This document shows, piece after piece, positions 1 to 11,175 of a stretch of DNA of 35,261 nt (position 1 is the first letter of the stretch; the number at the start of each line of letters is the position of its first letter). The translations under genes and the position numbers were made by a program. Source of the DNA: Toensbergia leucococca (taxonomy: Eukaryota); assembly GCA_022813965.1 (NCBI GenBank), contig JALDZS010000080.1:62001-97261 (forward strand), written 5' to 3'. The notes beneath the pieces are model-generated. The model was not told the DNA's origin. It was given only the letters and a program-made list of their open reading frames with translations, and ran no database searches.

Positions 1-1088
1 CTCTGCTGCATGATCTTCGGTATCTGAAGGCTCTAAATTGGCCGTAGCGATGAACTCGGCTTGTGGTGATTGTCGATCTTGAGGTTTTGGGATGACCAAC
101 GCAGCAGGAGCTTCTGCGATGCTCTCAGTCCAGTACCGAATCTCGTCGCTTCTTCTTCTCCAACGCCTCCATTGGATGGGTGACATGCGATGGTCCTTCA
201 AGCTATCACGGAAGGCATCAGCACTTCTCGAACGCCGTTTTGGATTGCCACTGCTTGTGATAGCAAAACCAATGTTTCCTTCATCACCAGAATAATCTCG
301 GAAGTCCTGACGACTAAGACTAGCTAGCGCCGTGGCGATTGAATCGCCTTCTCCAGAGTTTAGTATGATACTCGGTAAAGTAGCACTCCTAGGCCGTGAA
401 GGGCGCTCCGGCTGTGCGGGCATCATGTTGTTAGTAAAATTGTTGTCGGTGGAAGGTCTCGGAGGAAAGGGAGAATGTGACCCTAGGGCACTAGAACGCA
501 GTAGCTCCTGGGTAGGTGCTGAAGCCGATCGCTGAGAATGGAAGTTCGTTGCAGAAGTTATGAATGTACCAGGATCCTTGACATAGATCAGCTTCTTGCA
601 TTTGAATTTCGGTATCAAGCAATGCTTACACTTCGGTGATGGGTCGACGGCGCTGGCACCTTGGATGGAGATGTCATAGGCTTCCTACCCAGAAGTCGAC
701 GCACGACCGTCTTAAACCCACTGCTCTTCCGCTTCCTGGGAGATGTCGACTGCGGTGCATGACTTGTGGTGAGGTTTGGCGCTGTCCCATTTCGAGGTTG
801 TGTTGATGCTAAAGCTCTGTCACTCGATTGGAGATTCCTTTGAGGTACCATGTGGTCTCGAAGACTATCAACAGGCTGCTTATGTTGCAAACGACGGGGT
901 GAGCGGTCTGTAGTACTTCCGCTATAAGGTGGACCGGCAACGGTATCGGGACGTGAGGCAGCCTCCCAAGGTGCTATTTGAGATAACGAGGCATTCGAGC
1001 GTAGAGCTGAGCGAGAAGCATGAATATAAGCAGCATTGGGTAACTTTGTTGGGGTTGTGACAGTGGCTGGGACGTAGACAGAGGTCAT
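1..1088 (-). CDS. Hypothetical low-complexity Ser/Pro/Arg-rich protein, running off the left edge of the window
   Basis: ORF 615..1121(-) with ATG at 1088. Intron 629..577 (GTAAGC...GCTGAT...AAG) joins HHRS to DPGTFITSATNFHSQRSASAP. No recognisable domain; the start codon is uncertain. Confidence 0.6.
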
Positions 1089-2539
1089 TTTACCAGTGGT
1101 ATTAGAGTGAAAGTTAGACAAGCAATACGTCGATTGAGCGCATTGTGAGATTCGCCTTGGGTAAATTCCCGTTGCAAACAGAGTTTGTCGATTACATTAT
1201 TTGAGATGAGAGAAATTATACAATCTCCAAGACGCATGAATGCATTGGCGGGCGTATCATATCATTATATGCATTACAAAGGGAGCAGTGTGCTGCAGGT
1301 GGCAATCAAAGAGGTCAGTCAGGATGAAGGACAATGGACGATGACGGATCTTGTCATGGATATTTAAAGGGAGAGATGAGGATTATCGACGATAGAGGAA
1401 CCGTCCGGCGGAGCTGAAATAGAAGCAGGCTAGGGAGGGGTGGAAGATCAATGATTGACTTGGTCCAGACTGCAGGCTGATTGGTCAATGCGCTCGACCC
1501 CACAAGTTTGATGGCGACACCTTAGTGACACCAGTGAACAGAAGCCTGAAACTGACGTTGCCCAAGCTTGCAAACCGCCTCCTGGGCCGGCATGTCGCGA
1601 CCGTGGCTGTCCGTTTGGGGCTGCACTTGATTCGCAACTAGTGACGATGAGTGGCAAATAATGCCATGGAGGGAGTGCGATCGTCGTCTGATTGGCTCGG
1701 TCTTTGATGAATCATTTCAGCTTCTTTTCTTAGTTTCATCTTATGCCTTGATTCCCAAGCGAAGGAGCGTGCAGTGCAGCAGCAGCAGACTGCCGTGTTT
1801 GATGTGCCTGCCACACCATTTCTCTCTGCCTACCAGCTACCACATGATGACTGATGGCTTTGTGCTTCGCCAATGATCCGACCGTCCCCTCGGTCCATGC
1901 ATCATGGACGGGCCGCCTGCGAACTTGATGATCGACTTTGACGATCTTCCTTAGCCTCGCTAGCCTCGCTAAAAATGGTGATAGGTTGTTGCACCGCCAC
2001 TATCAATAATGGGAACGATATCTTGACATCTAGCTTCTTCAGATCCCCTACAGGAGAATCCTAAATACTGCTATTTGATGAATGCTTCTCTAATTGAAAG
2101 GGAGAATAGAGTATCAACCGAGGTGACTGCATCAGCGCAGCTATCTCACAGCCGCTGTTTATGACAGAACAGCCACTGTATCCAATTGTTTTCTTACGCC
2201 CATCATTCAAGCTATCGACCAAGCCTCCAATTATGCAGATCTATCTCCTTGGCAGCAGCTAGATACGTCCGATGCTAGAGCTCGCTTTCACGAGACTCAA
2301 GCTGTGATCTCAATGTCTCACTTCAAGAGGCACTTCATTCCTTCCAAGCCTTCCCATCACCCCCTCTCTTTCCACCCTACACTTATAGAACGAAATAGAA
2401 TGCCGCGGGTCGTGAGCTTATTATACAACTTCTACTGTCTCAAATCGAGTCTTAAAGGTATACCGTGAATAGGTTTAGATAGCAGATCAATATTTTTAGG
2501 CTACTAATGCATTGACACGCCTTTTTGATACATTGACGC

Positions 2540-2584
2540 CACTCATCGGCGCGAGAAGTCATGGGGGTAACAGGGGTTCTAGCG
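2540..2584 (+). repeat. Left terminal inverted repeat
   Basis: CACTCATCGGCGCGAGAAGTCATGGGGGTAACAGGGGTTCTAGCG; reverse complement of 4004-4048 except one A/G. Confidence 0.95.
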
Positions 2585-2647
2585 TACTTTTTTTTTAGGG
2601 GTTTTTCACCCAAAACATTAGATCTAGAATCAATTCTATCATCATTA

Positions 2648-3940
2648 TGAAAGCATCACGTACCTCAATTCATCGCAGATCTCAGTGAAAGGAGGTCACA
2701 ACTAGACGTAAGGCTAGGTTCTATTATGATGTGGATTTCAGGCCTGAAAGCAAGCCTTTACGGGAGATTTTTAAAGCGCATGAGGTAGCTCTCTTCACTG
2801 AAGAACGCTGACTGAAACAACGTCAAAAGCATGACTCAATAGTCACACACAGAACAGGCAAATGAAGACTCAGAAGGCCTTGCAAGATCCCTAATTCAGC
2901 TCTCAATGATCTTCTCAATTCTGACAAAAATTCTGTGCAGAATCAATCTCTTGAGAAGCAACTTCAGCATCACAACATCTCTGATTCTATACGCACCTTG
3001 CAGAAGGATCTGAAACAGAGAAAGAGAAGCGCTGACATGTATAGACAAGTCAATGTGAAGGGAATAAGTCAGAAAAACAAGGAGGCTCAGGTAGATTATG
3101 AGGAATTACACAAAGATAATACTGTGAATTTCTTCTGACACTTTGTGCAATTTACAGATGAAGCACATTATGATGGTTCTTCTGTATTCAACGGAAGGAT
3201 TTTAAGGGAAAAAGGAAGCCGTTATGACTCAGAGAATACAAAGAAAAAGGTTAAATTAAAAGGTATGTATCTCTAAACTTTCTATAAGATATATAACTGA
3301 TTTATTAAGTTTTACACTTCATTTTGTGACTGCTATTTTCTGACATAGAAAGATTTCTCTTATCTTCTATAATGATAGCAAGGATTCAGTCTCTGTGAAA
3401 GTCAATAAGCTCTGTAAATTAACTCACTGTTTAAAGTCTGAAATAACAGAACAGTATGAGAAACAGGTGAAGAAATAAGAGACATCTCTACTGCATGATC
3501 TGAAAATCAAGTCTAGTGAAAACTTTATGACTCAGGCCTATTACACAGAGAAAATCCTACCTGTCTATATAAGGATTATTGAGGAATACAAAGAACAGTA
3601 CAGTCATGTCATATTATAAGAGAATAATGACTTAAATTATGGAATCTAAAGTGATAAAAATGTGACTAAAGATCTCAAAGAACAACATCACTTAGAGATC
3701 TTTATATATCCTGCACAGTCACTGAATCTAAATCCCTGTGAGGCATGCTAAAACATAATTAAACAGTGAGTTCATTGATGTAATGAATGAAACAATAATG
3801 AGAAACTGAAGCAGATCATTATAGAGGAATGGGAGGCTATAACTATGAAGGAAATTAGGGCGCGCATTGCTGATATGCCTGATAGATGCAGGCAGGTTAT
3901 TGAGACTAAAGGTAAAGCTATTAAGTCATGGAAATGGTAG
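2648..3940 (+). pseudogene. Tc1-like DDE transposase pseudogene with one intron
   Basis: Translates to F*HFVQFTDEAHY (first D), IL*ENND (decayed LQEDND), YPAQSLNLNPCEAC*NIIKQ* (decayed HPAQSPDLNPxExxW) and EEWEAITMKEIRARIADMPDRCRQVIETKGKAIKSWKW*. Many stops sit at former TGG/CGA/CAA codons. Intron about 3263-3308 (GTATGT donor). Start position approximate. Confidence 0.88.
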
Positions 3941-4003
3941 AAGTAGAAATAGAACGATAGAAATGGTAGAGATAGAGCGATAAAAATGGGTGGGGTTTCC
4001 CCT

Positions 4004-4048
4004 CGCTAGAACCCCTGTTACCCCCATGACTTCTCGCGCCGACGAGTG
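4004..4048 (-). repeat. Right terminal inverted repeat
   Basis: CGCTAGAACCCCTGTTACCCCCATGACTTCTCGCGCCGACGAGTG; reverse complement of the left TIR. Confidence 0.95.
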
Positions 4049-4663
4049 ACGCCCACCTAAAGAAAATGTGTTTTATTTGAAGAAACATGCTTTGTTGCAA
4101 AGAAAAGGTCCTGATTTTGAAAGACTCACAGTTGAAGCAAAATCTTGATCTTTTCTATGGCTGCGGTGTCAGTGTACTGGTAGCCTAACTTTTAATTAAC
4201 AGACTTATACCGGCCACAGAGAATGTTCTTGCAAGACTGATAAATATGAATGGGTAAGATGTTTGGGAAAAGCCATATCTTGATGACTAAGGTACCCAGG
4301 AGATTGGGCTAACTCTTACGGAAGAGGGGTGTGGCACTCGGGATGCCAAGGTTTCGCAAATGTTTTGCACACGCTAAAAGCACTTGACTCACTCCCCGAC
4401 TGTTGCCTGCCGCCTGGGGTCTGCTAACCTACCTTACCACCTTACCACCATACGTACGGTTCACCTTGGCATATGCCCGGCCTGCTGCACCTGCAAGCAA
4501 GGCTTTCCCACTCAAGTATTGTTAGTTGTTCCTCTTTGAAGGTCTCAACGGTTCATAGATCTAGCAAATATCAATGGACCTCACTATTCACATATCTCTG
4601 ATGAACAATGCTTTTCATTTACTACTAGAACCGGATCGCGGGCAGCATTAATCGCTAATAAGA

Positions 4664-7600
4664 ATGGCGAGGGCTGTGTTCCAGTCAGTGCTTCGGAAGG
4701 GTAGGCAACTCTCATTTGGGACATCTGCAAATGCCGCCGACGATTCTCCGGAGCCTTCTTCAAATCTTGGATTAACTGTTATTCACGACGGGCCTGAAGC
4801 GACTGTCGAGTAGGTCCTGCGAAAACACCTAGCATCTTCATCTCCAGTGGCTAATAAATGCACAGTATCGTCTTTGTCCATGGGCTTTCAGGTCACCCTA
4901 TGAGATCATGGACATCGTCCAACCAAAAATTCTGGCCTCGGGATTTCCTGCCAAAGGATCTCCCAGCATCTCGAATCATGACCTTTGGCTACGACGCAGA
5001 TCCTGACAGCGCTCGCCATCTTGCAAAGCAAATTCTCTACTACCATGCAGAAGACCTAATGAGTAGTCTGGAACGGCAGCGAACTTCTAGGGAATCTGAG
5101 CGACGCCCATTGATTTTTGTTTGTCACAGTTTAGGTGGGCTAATTGTGAAGAGCATGCTCGTGATGGCATCGGGTTCTAACAGGCTTCCCGGAAGGCCAA
5201 GGAATGTTTATCAGTCAACGTGCGGAATTATATATTATGGGACTCCACACCGAGGTAGCAAGCCTGATGCTTGGCGACAAGCTATTCAAAAAGCGATAGC
5301 ATTAGGCCCGAATGGTACTCAACTATCAAAGCCTCTTCAAAGAGACTCTGATATGCTTGCTCTACGGCTGGAACAGTACAACAGTATTTCGGCTGACATT
5401 CCAAGTGTTTTCTTCTACGAGTGCCGAGGGACTGATAGTCTAGGCTCCAAGTCATTAGTTAGGACAAAGCGCTTCGACATCGAGGTCTTGCTGACTTCGA
5501 AGTAGATTGTCCCTGAGAGTGTCGCTGTGTTGCGAGGATCTCCACAGTATCGCGCAATTGGTCTTGACGCAAATCACCTGGACATGGTCAAATTTCGGGA
5601 AATTTACGACGGAGGTTATCAACACACTATTCGTGAGCTCAAGGCTATGCTAGATGCATCACAGAGCCTTTTACCGAGTCCCGTCTTTCGAAGTCATCTT
5701 GGAACTTCTTGTAAGTAACTTCAAGGCCCTAATAAGGTGATTGATACATGGATAACCTTTGTTAGCACGCGCAAAAAAAGTCAATGATCTTACAGACAAA
5801 ATAAACCTCACTCTTTGGCCAAATATACGAGGTAGCACGACTCTCATTGGACGCTCGCAAGATATGAGTAATCTGGATCAGTGTCTCCGGAATGCTTACA
5901 AAATATCCTCTGAGAGGCACCATGTCATAGTGGCGGGGAAGACGGGCGTTGGTAAATCTGCGCTCGTTCAACAGTATCTGCAAAAGCGCCGTGGAGAATA
6001 TACCCACGTGATCTGGTTAGATGCTCGTAGTATACGATCGATTCAAAGAGGCTTTCTAGAGTTGCTGAAAATTCTTTTGGAGAACTACAAAGCCCAACTA
6101 CGGGACTCGGAGTTGACTACCGATGCCGTTATGAGCTACCTCGGTCTGGAAGGAATTTTAGATGAGAGCCTCCATCTACGAGAAGAATACCTTTCCGATT
6201 CTGACGACTTCGCGAAGCACGCGGTCAATGAATTTCTGGAGAGAAAGCCTAAGGTGAAGTCTCAATGGGTGCTCGTCCTTGACAATCATAAAGCCACCTT
6301 TGATTTTAGGAAATTCATCCCTCAGACTCTCAATGGTCAGGTGATATTGATTAACAGAGCCAGTAAGGGAACTTCCAACGACTACGAGCTCTTTTTAGAG
6401 CCTCTCTCATACAATGATGCTCTAGAGCTCTTGGCTCTCAGTTGCTCAAGTGATTACAAACGTTGGACAGTTGACGGTTTGTATTTCCAATCTTGTATTG
6501 AATTATTACTAAGTCGAAATCAGAATTGAACGTTGCAAAGACTCTAGTGGGCGAGTGTGAATATCTTCCCGCAGAAATACAGATGAAAGGCTTCGCGGTA
6601 GCAGCAAGCTCCAAATCTCTCCTTGACTTTGCGGCTCAGGATGTACGACTGTCCAGAGGCACAGATACCAGCGTGGAGCTTTTTGACCAACATTTCTTTA
6701 CTGCGAATCTTGAGCCTGTCACCCAGCTCTTGGTTTGGTGCTCTTTCTTGTCGGCTAAGCCGATTCCGGGTCAGCTGCTGTATGTTGGATTAAAAATGGT
6801 TGGTGAAGAAGGTATTGAATTCTCAAGATCGTCGTTAAAGTTGAAAGCTGATACTTCTAGATATGCCACATTCTCTCGACATTCTCTTAGTGAAAGGGCT
6901 TGTGTTTTTGGTCGATCGTACTTACTATATGCGACTAACACCAACGCTCGCTGGGTCTCTCCAAGAGCAACTCTCGTCGTACGAGGAGAAGCGGCATGCT
7001 ATTGGAATGGCCTTGCGTATGGTGATGACATATGTATCCAAACTTAAAGGCAATTCACAGGATGACAGTCAACATACTCTTGACCTTGAACATGCTATCT
7101 ATCCACATCTTGCTGAATGTTTAAAGTACGCGGAGAAGCTTGGACCGGATGTTTGGTCCACGGCCAACTTTAAACCTCATCAACTGAAGCTTTTAGGAGC
7201 ACTATGCGATGATGAAGGTGACTATCACTACGCCGAACATATTTTGCACCGAAGTTTTGATAAGAGAAAAAATGAGGCAGTGGTTCCCATGGCAATTGAC
7301 GACAAGGGTTTGCACTCAGTCACTGAGTTAATCGATATCGGATTCTGGCTTGGCTCGCTACTTAAAATATTGGGGCGTTATGAGGACGTCGCCAATGTCT
7401 ACGAAAGGGTGATTGAGATCGTCCCTCTATTAGCAGAGCTCGGGCAACACAATATTCGCACGTTTCAAAAGCTTTGCTTGATGTACACTTGTCAAGGCCA
7501 AACCGCCGAAGCCAGAGAGCTATACGAGCGAATACTTTCCCGCATTGAAGACTTGTATGGGCCCAACGATCTTAGAACACTTGAGATCGTTGAAAAATTG

Positions 7601-8224
7601 GCTTTCAATTGCAAAAATAGTGGGCTCCACGAAGAGTCAGAGTTGTTGTTTCAGCGAGCCTTGTTAGGCGTAGAACGACAAGCTGGACACTCGAATCCTC
7701 GAATGTTAAGAGCTTATCGCGCGCTTGCAGAAGCGCACAAAGAACAAGGAAAATACGAAGAATCCAAAGAACAACTGCAACTGGCGTTAGATGCAAGTGA
7801 AGCCAGACTCGGAATTGACCACCCTAAGACACTTGAGATCGAAACAGATCTTGCGGTATCGCTTAGCCTCTTGGGAAATTTTGACCAAGCAGATAACATG
7901 TTCAATGAAGTTCTCGGAGTGGAGGAGAAAATCCTTGGAGCGAAGCATCCACGGTACGTGCGAACTCTAATGTGTCGGGCAAACAGCTATCGCTTGCAAG
8001 GAAGAATTGCAGAAGCGAAGGAGGAGCACCTGAAAGTTCTGGGAACGACGCGGGAGAATAGCGACCCAAACCTTCTCGATTCGTTGGACCATGCTGCACA
8101 ATGCTATGAGATTCAAGACCAGAGCCGCATGATCAAAGACTTGCGTCACGGACTGCGACGTCAGCGACGTGATGATATTTCCGAGACAGATACTAATACT
8201 GACACGCTCAATTCGCTTGGCTGA
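4664..8224 (+). CDS. Fungal NLR-like protein: SesB/DUF676-like alpha/beta-hydrolase + NB-ARC-type STAND NTPase + TPR repeats (~1101 aa, 6 exons)
   Basis: Introns 4810-4865, 5458-5505, 5711-5765, 6477-6523 and 6812-6860 (all GT-AG) give one open frame. Hydrolase motifs DIVFVHGL, RIMTFGYDAD, CHSLGG (nucleophile elbow), GTPHRGS and NHLDMVKF. Walker A GKTGVGKS, Walker B WVLVLDN. 42-aa-period TPRs (YGPNDLRTL / AGHSNPRML / LGIDHPKTL / LGAKHPRYV). Confidence 0.88.
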
Positions 8225-8293
8225 CGGTACAACAGCCCAGATCACTCATGTTTACTTTTTGTAAACGTGAGTACATTTCATGAACAAGTTGCA

Positions 8294-10377
8294 TCACACC
8301 CGGCGTTGAACAACTCGCTCACTACGGAAAAAGCACATACCATCACCGTAAGCCTTCTTTCCAAAATTACCATCCCACCACCTTTGCTCCTGCTGTCCAA
8401 CAATGATTACATAAGGGAGCCGAATTACATCAGTGTTCCTCCGATAATCTTTCTTGATCTTGGTCACGAATCGATCGAAGCGCTGTTGGGCCAGCCTGTG
8501 ATTCGGCTCAATTGGTCCGTCTCGAAAAATTTCGTCCAAGTGATCGATGATGACCATGGTTCGAGGGAGCCAAAGCCTTTCATGTTCGTCGTGTATGTTG
8601 CCGAAGGGAGGCTTGTGGAGTTGAAAGATCACACTTGTAGACGGGTTACCATTCATCGCCAGCAGCCTTCGGTCCATCCAACTCGTCAAGAAGTGCTTCG
8701 AGTCAATACGGAGGATGTGATCCACAAATCCAGTGACCAGCCAGAGATGGCATAGGTGATTCAGTAATGTCGTTTTTCCAGCTCTCGGCGGCCCGTTGAG
8801 AAAGATAAGTCGGCGCTCCACTAATTCCTTCTCGAACCACAAAAGATTTATGTCCAGTTGGACAAAACCTGAGCTTTCAGTCCCCACGTCCAAAAGCTCT
8901 CTATCTCGCAACATAACACAGGGCGTTGGCGAAAATCTGTATAGCAAATGTAGTATATATATGTGACACTGTAGTAGAATATAGTGGATTATGGTACCTA
9001 TAGTCGCAGTTCGCTCAATAGTCGGTACATTAGGGTTCATTGGGTCCTCTTCTAGTGCCGAGATCGAAGACTTGATCTGTACATCCACACCAGTGGTATA
9101 AGAGACTGGTATGAACCAATCGATGATTTTTGGAGAGCCCAAGTCCATAGGACTTCTACGCCTTGGCTCCCCCCGTAATCTGGATCGTGCTATATATACA
9201 GCGTTGGAAAAGGTAGATTCGTCATGTAGCAAGCTCATATAAAATGCTTCGTGAAACAGCTTAGCAGCACTGTCTGTGAATGGATAGGACATTCCCAAGA
9301 CGTTGGTGATGCCTTCACGAATTAACACCTGGCTCAGGTTTGCGTTCAGTCCCTGGTCCGCTCGCGCAGAATCGCAAGCATTGATGATTGCACAAGTGAC
9401 TCGGTGCAGTTTCAGACTTGCGGCAACCACAATTGCTGGAATGTCTTGATACTTATCCTGCACGTCTTCATGGGTGAAGCGGAGGCAGGCTTGGTAGTCT
9501 CTAAAGTATGAATCAGTTTCTCGGTTCTTGCATCTCCAACCGGCCGATGAAGAACGCACCGTTTGCCATCTTTGTTTGAGATGGGTCTCGTACAACCGTG
9601 GGTATCAAAGTGCACGATGTGAAAATAACCCGCTCCATTGGCTCTCAATTTTGTCCTCTGCAGATGCTTTTTAAACTCGGCGAATGTGCCAGGCCTTACG
9701 ATCTCCAATCGAATCCGATGACGTCTGTTTGATTCTTTGAGTTTCTTCTGAGCCTGCAAAATGGCCATTTGAGCCAAAGATGGGTCCATGTCCCTGTTGA
9801 GTTTCCTCCCAATGACCAAGAGCACATTGATATAAAGCAGATCTGTTCCTCGCTTCGACCACGTTGTGACCCGCGGTACTTCTTTGATGGGTGCAGGGTC
9901 AATCACCCTCCGCACGATGACATTCTTCAAAGGACTTGCGGATGTATCTGACAGACTTGATGCTTCAAGGCACTCCCACCAAAGGGAGTGTATGGTGGGT
10001 AGTTGAGGGTGCATATTCACGCCCTCGTATATATTGATTTCCAGATTCGGACCGGAGAGTAGCAATTCGCCCAAGTCTAAGGATTGCAGCAGGTCTTCGC
10101 TATAACCTCGAATAAGAGCCTGGGGCTTCTCGGTCTCGGATCTCCTTCCGTCTTTATCCATTAGCCAGAACTTTTGGTCGTCAAGCAATTTTCCCAAGTA
10201 CCACCGACATATTCGATGCCCATCGTCAAGTAGGGGGTCCTGAATCTCTCGCTTGACAACGTGATCACTTAGTTCCAGCTTCACCTCAACACTCCATTTC
10301 GGCCGTCCATCGACAGGGGAGGCGGGTAGGCGCTCCTTTTCTCGGATTGAGAGTCTTTGACATTGTTGATTGGCCAT
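8294..10377 (-). CDS. CHAT-domain (caspase-like, clan CD) cysteine protease fused to a C-terminal P-loop NTPase (~674 aa, 2 exons)
   Basis: Intron 9559..9501 (GTGCGT...CTGAT...TAG) joins ORFs 9412..10377 and 8294..9595 in frame. CHAT motifs IHSLWWECLE, INVLLVIGR, EIVRPGTF, YFHIVHFDTHG (catalytic His), AIINACDSA (catalytic Cys), VLGMSY and DWFIPVSY. Walker A GPPRAGKT, Walker B-like MVIIDHLD. Confidence 0.85.
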
Positions 10378-11175
10378 GCATTGCTAGACGCGAGTCATCA
10401 TTCCTTTCCATTAACTTCATCCCCTTCGCGTTGCAAAAGGACCACCACAGGGCATTGAAGTCTGTGTCGCTATTGCTTCTGAGGTTTTCATTTGGCTTGA
10501 ATGCTGGATAATCTCGCTACGTATGCGGCTCAACTGTTGTTAGGAGACTAAATACCCTAGTACAATCTAAGAGAACTATTCTAAACCCTGGCTCGCTGGC
10601 TGCCGGGATGTGAGGCCCAGGGCCACACGCACACACCCTGTTCTTCTACGAGTAAGCGATCTGCAAAGGGACTTCTTGAGCCAATCAAGAAACGATTCTA
10701 CTCGCCGGTGGAATGAAATGAGGGAGCTCAGCCTTGTGCCCAGTACCCAACTAGCCACCCACCCTTTACCCTGGCCCCCCTCCATCTTCCAAGGACTTTT
10801 CGGCTAGGTACGAGGGTACCCCAAAATCTCCACGCATCATGCCACAGAGGAGAGAGGCTTCAAGCCGTCATAACACCAATGGAACGATTTGACAAGATGC
10901 GGAAAAGGCCAAGACATTGTGGAGGCTATGATTCAGTCACTACTGCCTTGCCTGATAATAAGGAAATGGTGACCATGCAATTCATGTTGTGCTAGAAGAG
11001 TTCTATTCTAAGGCGCAGCTGAGGGATGCCTTGCGGAGCTGCCTGCAAGTGGCGAAACGAGGCGAAAGCTGTTGAAAGATGCTTTTACATTGCCTTGAAG
11101 TATACGAATTTCCCTCTCGTCTTTCAACCATTATTTACGAGTCTTCTGTCAACAGCATTTTACTTTTCTTCACAT

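Larger units (their letters stand above)
2540..4048 (+). mobile_element. IS630/Tc1/mariner-like DNA transposon, full length (~1.5 kb), inactivated by C-to-T/G-to-A mutation
   Basis: 45-bp terminal inverted repeats with one mismatch (2540-2584 and 4004-4048) around a decayed DDE transposase. Direct repeat ACGC on both flanks. Confidence 0.92.

Noticed and set aside
2540..2545. CACTC terminus suggesting a CACTA/CMC element
   Set aside because: The encoded transposase has Tc1-type FTDE / SPDLNPxE motifs, and there is no 3-bp target duplication.
3931..3989. Short imperfect tandem repeats (AAATGGTAGA...), also TAGCCTCGC x2 at ~1952 and CCTTACCA x2 at ~4432
   Set aside because: Two or three degenerate copies only. 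These are ordinary micro-duplications or TE subterminal repeats, not a CRISPR-like array.
8267..8755. Antisense ORFs over real genes (8267..8755, 11209..11733, 11920..12402, 20720..21175, 26702..27118, 29590..30012, etc.)
   Set aside because: They are shadow frames opposite well-supported CDSs.
11026..11175. Upstream ATG extending the gasdermin ORF by 50 aa
   Set aside because: The extension is pyrimidine-rich and UTR-like. The family-like N-terminus (SERW...) begins right after ATG 11176.
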